Assembly (NCBI GenBank): GCA_002633005.1
Contig: NMRA01000139.1
Span: 496,001 to 560,000 of the forward strand
Source: Phoronis australis
Taxonomy: Eukaryota > Animalia > Phoronida
Length of the DNA stretch: 64,000 bases
Direction: 5' to 3'
Translations under genes and position numbers: made by a program
Notes under the pieces: model-generated
The model's input: only the letters and a program-made list of their open reading frames with translations
The model's database searches: none
What the model was told of the DNA's origin: nothing
Shown: piece after piece, positions 23,801 through 36,400 of the stretch
How positions within the stretch are numbered: the stretch's first letter is position 1
How the letters are laid out: each line of letters starts with the position of its first letter

Positions 23801-26800
23801 AAATTTGGGTTCACCGAATTATTTTTCTGTTACAACCGCCTACTGAAACAGAGGTACCTCTGGAAAAATGCATAATTTTCTTTGGTTACTCAAAAGTAAA
23901 CTCTAATTAAATAAATGATTGAATTAAACTCTTTTGAAAACAAATAAGCAAATTAATTTTCGTCGTACTATGGCAGTTATTTTTTTCAACACTCTTTGAT
24001 TATATTTTCCTGTTAAACAATTATCATATGCCGGTGTAAGTATAAAAAAATGATTTTGAGTACTTAAGATTTTAACATTTTGGCTTCTAAACAAAAAGGT
24101 ACACAGTTAATTTTCTTTTATGTCTTATTTTGATACCCATCATGTATTCTGTAGAATGACAAACACATTTAAGAGATGACATACTTTGTTTTTGAACTTT
24201 TTAGCACAACCAGCGTCAGACATTGGACCTCAAAAGCGATGACTCAATAGTTTAAAACTAACCATTATTGAAGTGCTCGCGTCCAGTACAGCTAAACACA
24301 AGAATATTTTAAACCGAGTATTCTAATGTTCATGCACTCTAGTTACTCTCATACACCTGTATGTAGCCTACATTCATAAAGGGATTTATGTGAGGGCTTG
24401 CCCCTCAGATGCACCAAATGAAAAACGCTACTGTTATGCCATCTGCAGGCCTTGAACATATTTCTTTCGAAAACCGATTGACTCCACTTTTGGCATCCGT
24501 CAACCACTAGTTGCCCCACCTTGGCTGCAAACTTCCTAATTGTTCCCCATAAGCAATGGTCACATGTCCATGTGGGAGACCGGGTCACTTTCTGAGACAA
24601 GTTGCTTTCTGGATAGGAATGTATGGTGTCAGAACACCTTGTTTTGTGCGACAATAGACATTATTATTCATCCAGATGAATGACAAGTTGCAAAAAAAAA
24701 TAAAATCTCATTTTTTGGAATTTAGCATAAAAATAAATTTCCTCATGTTGCAGAGTCGCTTGGCTTTTTCTACTGGGGATTGATGACTGACTGGTTCCCG
24801 TGAAAATTTCATCACCCTGTGCTGGTGTTCATTCATCGACAACAACTTAAGGCCCCTGGACCATGAGTCAGACAACTTAAATCTGATACCTGTATGTCTA
24901 TTCAAAGGGAGTTTTGCATTAAAAATTCCGCATGGATACTGGCAGAGATTTTTAACATACGGGACAGCAACAGTTGTGGAAAGATTGTGCGCTCCTTGCA
25001 TTCCTCGTGAGGCCGAGGGAGTGAGGCTCTGCAAACAGACCAACCAGGGTAACCACAGTTATTCAGAGTCCCTGTCAAATGTTCTTTCTTTGCACTGACC
25101 ACCTCTGTGCCAAATCTGTTTGCACCACTGCCAAAGTTTTCAGTGCAGAGAAACAGCATTTGACAGAAGCTTCATGTTTTTGCTCACTTACAAAGTCTCA
25201 CACTCATCCTCATATAAGAGTGCAGAACATTATCCTCCACTGTGAATGTCATTTTATGTGAAAAATATTTGAGGATCTACGTAGTTTTTACTATAACGTT
25301 TGAATAGCGCACGCGCTCAGGGGTAATGCACCCGTGCGGGTGAACCTAGGTGCATGCCGAGGACAAACCTCTGCCTGGTGATGTCAGTGGATGTGGTGTA
25401 TGAAGATATCACGTGACTGTGACTTTTGTGAATATTCGTATATTGGTCAGACTGGTCAGAAGGCACATGGCTCTGACCGAGTGCAGCATAAATGCCACTG
25501 GTTTAAACTCTGCAGTGTAACAGGGGACACTCGCTTGAGACAGCAGACATAAGGATGATGGACAGAGAAAGTTCTTGGTTTGAGCGGAGGTTTCAGAGAG
25601 CTGTCTAGGTTAAAGCCAAGAATCCCTCTTGGAATAGACACAGAGGAGTCAAATTTAAGTTGTCTAACTTGTGCTTCCTTATCTTGTTGTCTATGAAAAG
25701 TGTCAGAGAGCAGTCAGTCATCAACATCCAGTAGGAGGCAGGTGGCTATGCAATTTCAAGAATTTTATTTTATAGTAAGTAGCATAAGTTGTAATTAAAA
25801 TGTTTCTTTTAACTTGTTATGTGGTGCTATCAGAAATATAAGCAAACTGCCTTGCCTGTTTTTGCCATACATTCAAAGCTATGTTACATTTGTTGACTGA
25901 ACCATTGCTTCTCAAATTTAGGAACCGGCAAAACTATTGTTACCACCATGATCGTGTCACATATGTTACGCAACAACCCCGCCCATCAAGTCCTCATTCT
26001 GGCTGCCGGCCTTCCAGTCGTCTTTAAATATGTTGAAGCTATGAATAGGGAAATTGGGAACTTAGAAATTCAAAGGTGAGTATAGTCAGATTCAGTCAGT
26101 TTTCACCAGTGAGCAATCAAATTAGGACTGTTTTGAACTTATGTTTATGTGATACATAAGTTTTCTACTATTGCTATCGTTTGATGAAACGATACCTTTT
26201 TCATACTTACACATGTGTTAATTTGAGTTGTTATTTCACAGAATTGTCATGTTTAAATCAAAATTGAATGTGACTAGCATGTCCGCTCATTGCACCTTCC
26301 ATGCTGTTGTGTGAAACTACTCTATCAATTTAACCGCTCAGTATTCACTTACCAGACGAGTTCTGTTTTCATCACCTGACTGATTTTACGACTGCGCAAA
26401 AGCTTGATATCCTGTCAGCATGCCATCTTTTTGATCGCATCACGTGACCTAACAAATACAAGTCCGAAAAAGTTTCTGCCCGCGACCGGGACTCGAACCC
26501 AGGACCTTCTGCTAACTGTGTAGATGCTCTAGCCACTGAGTCATCGGGATGGGACCACTGGTCAAATCCAATCGGACATCTTACCCTTGATCTCCATTTT
26601 GGTCAAAAAGATGGTGTGCTGACAGGACAAAGTATTCGCAACATATTTCCATGCCTCACTAAAAAGATATATTTATACAATGAGTATATTGTTTAAAGTT
26701 TAAAGGAAGCTCGGTGAGTGGTCAGTTCTCTGTTTTCCATGAAGAATCTCAAAATGTTCACTCCCAATAACGTCTAGTCCCTGTCTGACTCTAGCTTAGA

Positions 26801-28688
26801 CTGAACTCACGAGGCAAGATGCAGTTGATACAATAGCATTTCTGAAATCTTCATCATATGGTGATCATGTTTAGTTTTTGAATCGCCAAAATCGCCCTAC
26901 TGCAACCGAAGTTATGACAATCTATTCTTCCCGAATACACCAATTCACTCTGGGTTTGACTGTGTTCACAGGTGGTCTGAAATAAGCCTGGTAGAAAACT
27001 GACCTGCCTTTTGTTATAACAGACAAAAGACTGTATTTGGCAGTTAATAAAGAAGCTAGATGTTATCACGCACTCACCCCCCCCCACGTCTGGTTAAGTC
27101 ACTGAACAGGAAAACGCTGTTATGTCGCCACTTCGTTGCTTTTTGTCGCTTCCCAAGTATAGCGATGAAGTGGCTAATCTTTTTTTTCTAACAGAACGGA
27201 CTGCGCTGGTATAAGGCGGGAGAGAAAACTAATCATTGCTGGCATGTGTACAGGGCTAAAGAGTGTTTGTGAAGAACCTATTCGGGCCCAGGACATCATG
27301 GTGACCACACCAGGTATGGTTTAAAGTTGGAGTCCTCTTCAATTCTAGAGATGAGACATTTTTATCTAGTTCAAATGGTATGTGCCCATGCCAACACAGT
27401 TCATTCCAGGTGTTATTTATGGGAAATTTGGTCTCTGTACTCAGATTTCCCTGTAAACATACATTATTAAAAAGTCTGAAATGTAGTTGCTTGCACTTGT
27501 GTTTCAGATCACTTCAACCATTTAGCTAGCAGCGAACAAACTGCATGGCAGGCGTTCTCACTGGTGATTCTTCTCGATGCTGAGACATATTTGACTGACA
27601 ATCAGCTTGAATTTCTGTTAAAACGACATCACAACAGTGTTCCGTCAGATATCCGCCCTAAGATCGTCGCATTCGCTGGTCTTCCTTGCGACCTTTGCAC
27701 TGGCAGTCAACCTGGACAATTCCTAAAAGATCTGAAACAAGCTCTAGGAAACTGTGATGTCATTGGTGTCGGCAAAGAGGGTAAAAGAGAGATGGGAACG
27801 TTCTTGCTGTCAAAGAAACCAGACTTCACCGTGTCTGATCGTGACAAAAGTGAGAAGAATTTGAGAAACGTTTTGAATGAATATCTCGTAGCTTCCTATT
27901 CCCATTTGGCAAAGAAGATTGGAGTAATTCCTTGTACGGAAGTTGAAGAAGAAGTGTCCGTGTTGCTTTCCATTGTGGACAATCCTGACTGGGCATTTGA
28001 CTCTATGGGAGATATGGAGAAATCTCTTCTTCTTCACTGTGGTGAAGTTGCTTCTTCTTTATCGTTACTTCGGAACTTCGGTATCGGCTTAGCTCTCGAT
28101 GCCTTAAGGGACATCTTTCATGAAGATACTGCAAATGTAAAGCCTTTGCTTAAGCAGGACTTTCCTTTGTATCAACAAGTTGTAAAATTCATCTCTGGAA
28201 TGGTGGGGAACTCTGACACTACTGATCAATGCAGTGGCCTCCTGGAGCAGACCCGTGAGCTGACTAAAAGCAATGGAAGAGAGAATCTTGTGCTGCTTCT
28301 GGTGGAAAATCCTGTTGTCGCTGCCCAATTTGGAAAAAAAATGAAAGAGTCTAACGAGCGTGAAGGAGATAAAAGTCACTGTATTGACTTCATGGTTGCA
28401 GTCGACAGCCACGAGTCACCTGCCTCGAGTGGTGTCATTATTGCAACGTGTGCGCGTTACTTAAATGGAACTGTTTTGCGAAAATGCAAGCTGATATCAG
28501 TTGTCAATCCACGACATGCCAAGCACTACTTGGCTCAGGTTAGAGGCCATGATATCAATAATAATTGTGCCGTGAAAATCACTTGTAACGATGACGATAC
28601 AATTAGTTTACTGGAAAGGTTTCTGGAAGCAGAGGAAACATTAGTCAAAGCTGATGATTTAGAAGCTTTGATAAGTCACACTGAATGA
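14872..28688 (+). CDS. Multi-zinc-finger (10 JAZ/matrin-type C2H2) protein fused to a degenerate RIG-I/Dicer-class DExD/H helicase, ~1626 aa
   Basis: Eight phase-consistent GT-AG exons: 14872-14982, 17189-17348, 18093-18258, 19403-21160, 21568-22799, 25922-26075, 27195-27313, 27508-28688 (4881 nt, no internal stop). Fingers: 1 in exon 1, 1 in exon 3, 8 in exon 4. Helicase motifs: FPRDYQVE (Q), LPTG|TGKT (Walker A across the exon 5/6 junction), DIMVTTP, FSLVILLDAE (II), PKIVAFAG (III), LVLLLVEN (IV), VIIATC...GTVLRKCKLI (V), LAQVRG (VI). Confidence 0.85.
15588..16123 (-). mobile_element. TRIM (miniature non-autonomous LTR retrotransposon) with tRNA-like sequence in its LTRs
   Basis: LTR 15965-16123 (159 bp, TG...CA). 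The second LTR, 15588-15730, is identical but truncated by the N. On the minus strand, PBS TGGCGTAGTTGGCA (15949-15962, tRNA-Ser type) lies 2 nt after the 5' LTR and PPT AGGAAAGGGGGGAA (15731-15744) abuts the 3' LTR. The 234-bp interior is non-coding. Confidence 0.85.
16124..16525. other. Probable second-haplotype copy of 15172-15575
   Basis: Near-identical direct duplication with a few SNPs and small indels, on either side of the single N at 15587. Confidence 0.75.
16545..16822. repeat. Interspersed repeat; inverted copy at 26833-27110
   Basis: Co-linear reverse-complement similarity, also visible as the similar spurious ORFs 16532..16801+ and 26854..27087-. Confidence 0.8.
16850..17050. 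repeat. Interspersed repeat; inverted copy at ~37963-38155
   Basis: Blocks ttcccaacttg-tgttgggctata, aacaagttgggagcaacggg, ccaaccatcaa-g-cagaatggagttaat and gagattagagcaattat recur as reverse complements at 37963-38155. Confidence 0.75.
17192..17335 (+). repeat. 48-bp coding tandem repeat x3 (LRSLQMNNGPATHEAH) forming most of exon 2
   Basis: Three perfect copies between acceptor ctttttag (17188) and donor g|gtattg (17348). Confidence 0.9.
26410..26627 (-). mobile_element. TIR-bounded element containing a tRNA-like sequence (26477-26549, minus strand)
   Basis: TIRs tcctgtcagcatgccatctttttgatc / ggtcaaaaagatggtgtgctgacagga. Inside on the minus strand: A-box TGACTCAGTGGCTAGAGC, an arm with an AGT-centred loop, B-box GGTTCGAGTCCC, and a T5 run a few nt downstream. 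Confidence 0.7.
26833..27110. repeat. Interspersed repeat, inverted partner of 16545-16822
   Basis: Reverse-complement similarity over about 280 bp. Confidence 0.8.
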
Positions 28689-29370
28689 AAACGTTAGGTG
28701 CAATATTATTATCTATTTAGTAGCTTTAACACTTTAAGTTGGTGCACCAGTAGAGCTCTTGTGATTGTCACTCGGTGACAAGTGGGACATTATTTATAAT
28801 ATTTATAAAATTATTCCCAAAGACTGATCCATGTTGTGGTTGAAGTATATTGACTGAGGGACACAACGTTTTCATTGAATGCAATAGAACTGGGCAGCGG
28901 TTCTAATACTTTTAACAAAGTTGAACTCAAAATTCGTTTTGTCCTTTTCTATTCTAGCTCTGTACGAACTCAAGATAAGTTTGTAGGAGCTGTAATACAA
29001 GGATTACCAAATGGGAATTGGGACTAGAAACCATATGTACTTGAGCCTCAGACTAGCTACTAGCCACTTATCTTGATATCACCCAAACGAGGAATAGATA
29101 ATGCCTATAACCACTTCAAGTTCCTTTTAGTAAGATTAGACTCCGGCCCAAGGTGTTCGTCTTTTTCCTGCTCTATGAAGTGCAATCTGATCTGATTCTA
29201 TGATAAGGTTATGAAATTGCGCATATATCCAGAACTGAACAGTTACGCTTGGATCTCTTGTGTTTACTTCTGTAGGCTTTTGATACCAATCATACTCTTG
29301 TTGTGTTATGCAATAGCAAAGTTATGAAGTTGACTAAAGGTTGTCTAGTTGTGCCGAGTGCTTCAAATTA

Positions 29371-29656
29371 TGGTTGGCCAAATGGGTGAACGTTGCATAA
29401 ATAAATTACGTGGGTAAGTTAATTCTCGTTAGAGGTGTAAAGCAATTATTTAGAGGTGTAAAGTAATTATTTGTGGCTTAATGTAATTATTTAGAGTTAT
29501 AAAGTAATTATTTGTGGCGTAATGTAATTATTTACAGTTATAAAGTAATTATTTGTGGCGTAAAGTAACTGGCGTAAAGTAAATACTTTAATCCTCTAAC
29601 AAGAATTAACTTACACAGTAATTGGCCTGCACAACATTCACCTATTTGGCCAACCA
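29371..29656. mobile_element. MITE with long TIRs, TA flanks and an internal ~22-bp tandem array
   Basis: TA|tggttggccaaatgggtgaacgttg ... caacattcacctatttggccaacca|TA. Inner inverted block gttaattctcgttagagg / cctctaacaagaattaac; internal repeats of taaagtaattattt. Confidence 0.8.
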
Positions 29657-30454
29657 TATGAAATAGATGAACTCACCAGAGGATACCTTAATTGTATCAA
29701 ATAGGTACTGGTTAGTAGATTCCAAATAAACAGTTTTGTCCTTTATTTATTACTTAGACATCCTCATGCACAGATGTGTTTGTAGAAAACGTTATCGACT
29801 TATAAAAATAATTATTGCTTTTATTATTAAGTGTAAGGGCAAATGTAACTTACTAGATTTTAAAAACGACTTTGATGATTACACACGACCTTTATGTTAC
29901 CACTGCTGAGTACAACGTAGATGACTTACATCTAGATGTACCTGTGGTGGGAAGTCACATTAAGGTGATGTTTGTTTTATAATCCAGTTGTTGTAGATGT
30001 ATTCATGTACATGTAACTGTTGTTTATGGCTTGAATTTTCATCATCTGATGATGGCTGTGCTATACTTGAGGGATTTGTGTAAAGGTATTAATTTTGCCT
30101 GTTAGCACATATTAATTGCTTAGAGCCACTACCAGGTCATTTAATTTTTTAAAGGAAATAACGCTTTTTGATTGGTGTCAACCCTTATGGGATTGGACCA
30201 AATTTATGACTCCCAACCATGATGTTAATTATAATGACTCTGGTCAACAACAGGCCATGGATAATGGAATTTGGCAGGCGCTACAGATGTAGTTATTTGT
30301 GTGCTTCAGTCTATGTTCTCCTTCTAAATAAAGACTAGTTGTAATGTGCTTAGCTCTCATGAAATAACACTTTACAAAGACCAGAACAGTTTATGTAACG
30401 CTTGTGGGAAAGCCTCAATTTCCCGCTCCAGTACTGCACTATGAATAGGATCGA

Positions 30455-33400
30455 TTACAGTGCAAGCTCTTTCTCCGCATCGAACCTGTCTTTTATTTTT
30501 GCTTTATGTTTTGCGTAACAGCCCATAAAACCGAGCTTTAAATAAGGTGTAATGGTCCAATCTTCAGGGTAAATTCGGATTCCTTTCGTCGTGACGTCAT
30601 AGGGCAAGTTGACGGAATGGTACTCGCTGTTGTCTCCACTATCCTTTCTCACATTAAAGATCTGTAAGGTATTGAAGGGGAATGGTACCATATTAGGAGG
30701 TGTTTTTTACCAGTATGGACTATTGACTACACTTATGACCCAATAAACACTGGTCCGGCTGAGCATACACCGACATCAATGTACTTCAAATTTTTGGCCA
30801 TTTTTGACAAAGACAAAAATGATCGATATGTCTTCAAACCGGAAATGTGACGCTGTGAGTACCGGACACTTTTCAACGTCTGTTTGGCGCTGTTGTATTA
30901 ACTGATTGTTCTGGCTTTATTGGACTTATAGGTAAATTGTTATGTAACCACTAGGGAGCAGCACAGGCACTGGGACCGAATGAAGTTGTCAGGACACTCA
31001 GCTGCGTCACAACTTCGTAGTTTTTCAAGAATTTCGTTTTATAGAAATCGACTGAAAAGGTTCCAAGTACCTTTTATAGGTATCATAGGCCAAACGAGAA
31101 TAGTCTCTCTCAGGGCCGTCCAAGATTTTTGTAATCCTGAGTTTGATGTCCGCTATCAGTGCCGGGATCGAGGAAACTGGTTCTCCGCAATCTGTTAGTG
31201 GTCACATGAAAAATAGCCCTCAAGCTGATTACGTTTTCCTGAACTTAAGATCCATGAAGCGTTCTTCTACGCATTTAGCGTGGGGTTGCTGTCATACCCG
31301 CAGTTTACCACTACAGCAGCAATGCGTGGTGCTATGATTCCCTGGCACTCCAGCGGACACTCCGTTTCATATCACGTGGTCAAATTTCTGCTTTTCTTTG
31401 TGGGGGGGGGGGGGGGTTCCGGCAATTTTTTATTTTTACAGCATTTCTCGTCTACACACTTCAAAATTGGTACTTCACAATACAGCGGTTTTCAAATTAA
31501 ACGGACTTTGACAGGTACTTAAGCTGCCAAACGTGGATACTATGAACGTTGCTGGACGGAATTATTCGACAGCATATGGATCATGGAACCTGTCAACTTG
31601 AAATTTGTAGAGATTTTGCCAGAACGGAAACGAATTTTAGTAGAAAATCGCGGTTTGTTCGGCGAAGCGTTGTTCAGTTTTGTGCACTTCTACAAGAGAC
31701 TTGATACATACGAGCAAAATTTCTCGCGCAAATCTTGTCAAATTTTAGATTCAAAATGATAACCCTGAATGTAACCCTGCCGGCGGGGGTCCCAAGCTCG
31801 AAAGAAGACCGTGGAAATTGTCCCGTTTAGCTCGTAATGAATGGCATGTTTTTATACTACCAGAATGTCCTTATCCGGGCTCTGACAACTGGACCATGTT
31901 GCCGTGTTTCGCTATCGGAAATCGAGGAAGGGTCTACGTATATTAAAATGGACAGACGTATGCATACAAACAAACTGGCAGATTTAAATTGTTCAAACTA
32001 CCTTTACCCTTCCTTTGTAATATAAGTGCTGCCATAGTCCGTCCATACGTTTGATTTCAAGAACAAACTTGTTAACCATTGCTACGGAGGATCCAATGTG
32101 TAGGTCGGCGCCGATATCTAGCCCCTGAAAATATCAAAAATATTCTTTCACTGTACATTATTTAAAGGAGAATGCCACCCAAAACAACCTAGTTTGTATC
32201 AATTTAGATCTAGTAGCTCCACTCGATAACAGCAAATACAGCTCTTTTACCTGACGGCAGACGGATGTGTTGAAATTAACCAATGACGTCAGAGGTTCGA
32301 ATGCATTCTGTTCAGCAGTTTTACAACACGCTAACTGGTGTCAACTAATCGCTTGAATTCATCGTTTTACACCAATAAATCATCAAAATTCGATGCAAAA
32401 CTCTTACAAATACATCGAGTTATTGAAAAAACGTGTTATTTATTTCGCTTTTACGGATTTTTAGGTATTGAACGTACGGCAGCCTACAAAGTTCGGTAGG
32501 CTAATTTACCAAGGTCGGTCGCGAGAGTTTGGAGTCTGTGATGAATTCAAATTATTCGTTCGTGAAATACCCAGGAGAACAAAGATGTGTGTTGTAATTT
32601 TAGACTTGCGACTTCTAAACACACAAAACGCTTGTTATCCCGACCAGTGGCTCGGAATAACCCGATCAGGCCCATGGCGGCCAGATTGAAGAAATCACGA
32701 ACATAAACCAGCCAAAGTTGGAAACTAGACTTGCAGTCACGAAAAGACTGTACTAGTGAGCCAAAGAAAAATGCGGACGTGATTATTTTGGTGAATTAGC
32801 CGCGAGACTGCAATTCTAGTTACTAGCTCGTCGGGGGCCTGGATCTTATAGGAAATCCAATAGGATCCTATAAGATTTCCTAAAGCATCCAATAGGAAAT
32901 CCTATAAGAAACCCTATAGGAATTCGTATAAGACTATAATGTATCCAGTAGGCAGTTCAATAGGATTCTACGAAGCAATTAACAAACATGTATTAAGAAT
33001 CGCCTGAATATTAAAGTTTACAAAAATTAGTGACTCAGAAGAGCTGAAATTATATAAAAACAAACTGATATGATACTATATATTCTTAGGCTATTTGTTT
33101 GTTAAACTTTTTAGAAATCAGATTTGTGAAAAATTTCCTATAGGAATTCCTATAGGAAATCTTGATTCTATAGGAATCCTATAGAATCCTATAGGGAGTC
33201 CTATTGAATATTTTCGTATGGGTTACCTTTCACAGAACCGTCAAGACAAAAGTTATACAGTAACAATGATTCGAATAATGTATATGAATACCTAAATGGA
33301 GATTCCCCTGGCATCTGACCGTAGGATAACTTCAACGTGGCAACTCGCAATTCCGACAGTCATCAAGCAGGTTATATATATAAAACGTTATGATATCACG

Positions 33401-36400
33401 CCTTGAATTAGTTGTAATTGTTCATGTTTTATGGTCAACTACAATTCTCCATAATCAAAAAAGTGATCAACAACCGATCCGACGAAATGCAGGCCACTGA
33501 CAGACACGGAGAAGCTTCACAGCCTCATACTTGGTATCAAAGGAGTACTTTCAATCTTCACTACCGCAAGCCACTTCCGAAGGATTATGGTCTCTGGAGG
33601 AAATCGAAAAAAACGATATACCCGCAGACTGAAGAACCACTGACGTCGCTGGATATAGACCGATTAAGACGGCAAAAAGATTAATTTAATCGGGTGTCAT
33701 TTTCCTTTAAATCTTTCGCTAACAAAATTTTCACGCAAGTGAACGAGAAAGCGTGCACTGTTTACCCCCAGGGTATTTAGGGTATTCCTCCGCTTTGTGG
33801 CGCCGTAATGGAGTGAACTAAGCTAGTCGCTATTCATGGCCTTGGCCGAATGCGTTTTCATGGAGGAAATTGCGATGGTAAACAACACGCCTGTTTAGCG
33901 TAAAAAATGAATAAGGCAAACAACCGACATGACGATTTTCAAATTTGAAAAGTAAATATTGGCCGTCTTCGACATCTTTAAGTCGATGAATTATAAGAGA
34001 AATTAGCGAATAGGATTTCTTCAGCAATGCGGCTACGCCACGCGCGTTAATTTATGAATCTATGAGGACGAGTTAGTCACAGTCTGGCTCAAGCTCGCTT
34101 AGGCGTTGCGACAACAAAATCCCGTCGAGGAAGTGAACTTTTAATTTAGACTACTCACCGAAATGTTCCCATGTCTCTCATAAGAAATGGTTTCTGGGTT
34201 TGCAAAAATGTTGCCGAGCTGTTCGATATTCCCCGAGACCATGCTCGGCGCACAGAACGTCACGTCGTCTACAGCGAATTTCGAAGGCCTGGTTTGAGGC
34301 AGTAAGGAACTATCATTTCTTTCAAAGCCCTGACTAAGGAGTAATTTAAAACCACAACGGTGAGTGATCTCAATAAAAAGTTTGTTGTTTTTTGGGACTG
34401 AAGGCGAGATGGTAGCTTTTTAAAGTTAACCACGTTCCCTCTGCAAACCCCTAAAAACATAGAATGCCTACCTTCAAAAGTATAGAATGGAGGATTACGT
34501 GCTCACGAAACTCTACCGCTACAGCTGTGTCTCTATTCTTGCCCCTTTCCTTTATTTCTAGTCTCACACCGTCGTGCTCAAACAAGGGCTCTTTCCCCAG
34601 GCTCCTTTTCTTCGTGTCGTCAACAACAAGAAACGCCCTGGCGTGTTTCCCAATTTGCTTCACTTTAGAGCATGTGACTCTGTGTTCGTAGTGGCCTTTC
34701 TTCCTGTTATACCGGTGCTTTCTTACTTTCCTAGTGTTCACATTTATGATAATGCCACCGCTGTCATCTGCGACCGATTTCTTTCGTGCCCATTTCCTGT
34801 TTATTGGACTTCCTGATTGTGACAAGTATCCCTTATATTTATTTCTTTTGCGCTTCTTATTCCGTTTGTGTTTTAAAATGTGGTGGCTACTGATATTTAT
34901 GACGACATTTCTATTTGACGTACGCAAGGGCGGTTTCTTTGTTGTCGAAAGCATGGCTGTCGTCTGCAGAAGTTCCAGGGTCGTATTTGGGGAAAACGGT
35001 GAAACTGTTTGATCATGTCTTTCATGAGAGGTGGTTGTTGACAAAAGTTTTTGCTTTATTACTAACTCTCCATTTTTGTGCATTTCAATCACCATCTGTT
35101 CTTTGCCATTTTCATCGACTATTACGAAATCACCACTCGTATTGCTTTTGCCCACAGCTTCTGTTGTGACACTGCGTTGAGTCGTAGAGGAAGCCACTGA
35201 CAAAGCGTCTGTTGACTTGGTTTGTATACTGGGGCTTACTATTTTCTTGATCACCAGTTCTCCACTTTTGAGTTTTTGAATGACAAGTTGTTTCTCGGCT
35301 TTTTCATTTACTACAACCAAATTGTTTACGTTTGTGTTGTTGCTGGCTGCTTTCAAAGAAATAATTTCTTTTTTGGAACTGGGTGAGAGTGTTGAGGCGG
35401 GTGGTGGAGGTACAGTTGACGTATTAGCAGATGTTTTTATGATAGGGACTGCTTTTTCTTTAACGACTAATTTGCCATTATCATGTGCTTGAATCACAAT
35501 TTGTACTTTGTGATCCGTCGTTTCTGGTGGCAGAGCCATTTTTGTTGTAGCAGTGACAGTGGGGAACATTGGTTTGTCTCTACTTAGTTTACCCTCCTTC
35601 AGATTCCTAACCCTGGTGTCACTTTTCACCAAAATTTTGCCATTTTCTACTTCTTCGACAACGACTTCTCGTTGATTACTAACCTCAAGCCGCGGTGTGG
35701 TGACAGTGATAGAAGCCGACTTATTTTCAGCAGTTGCCAATTTCTTCAGCTCAATCTGTTCCCCCTTCACACCCGTTTTAATCGCAATCGAACCCTTTTC
35801 TCCACTTTTTATTACAATTTTGCTCTGAGGTTGTGTAGTCGTCTTCAATGACGGATTGTGTGACGTTGATCTTGTAGTACGCAGACTTTTGATGTTGTAC
35901 CTTCTAGCTTTAATAACAATTTCTCCGGTCTTTAACGTTTTGATTTCAATCGGTCCATGATCAGGACGTCGGACTACAAAATCCCCGTTCTTCATTTCTG
36001 CCACCAAGTCATCCTTTACGGAGGTGACTTTTTTACCAGGCTGGTTGTTTTTGTTGCTTACCGCACTCTCTGAACTGAATTGTGAAGCACTGGGGCGCCC
36101 GAGGTCTCTTGACGTTTGAATCGATGTCACGTTTTTCAATTTAGTTGCTTTCAGATTTACTAAAATTGTCGCGGTACTATTTATTGAAGATAGATTTGCT
36201 GACTGATTGAAACCCCTTGATAATGACGAACTGGAGGATATTATGGCCGATGTTAGTGTCGCTGATGCCGATAATGTGGCTGTTGGCGATGGTGTCATCG
36301 TAGTCTCTGTTTCTTGCGTTAAATTTTTAGATGGTGACGTTGCTGTTGATAAAATTGTTGTTTTTGTCATTGCTGGTGTTGTAGTTGTTGTTGGTGTCGT

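Noticed and set aside
24340-25260. Coding-like intronic stretch, possibly an old transposon
   Set aside because: Stops in all frames examined and no diagnostic motif.
33227-34329. Extra candidate exons of the discoidin gene (34329-34159, 33314-33227)
   Set aside because: Frames are open with splice-like sites, but the domain reads better without them and the second leaves an unresolved phase; may be alternative exons.
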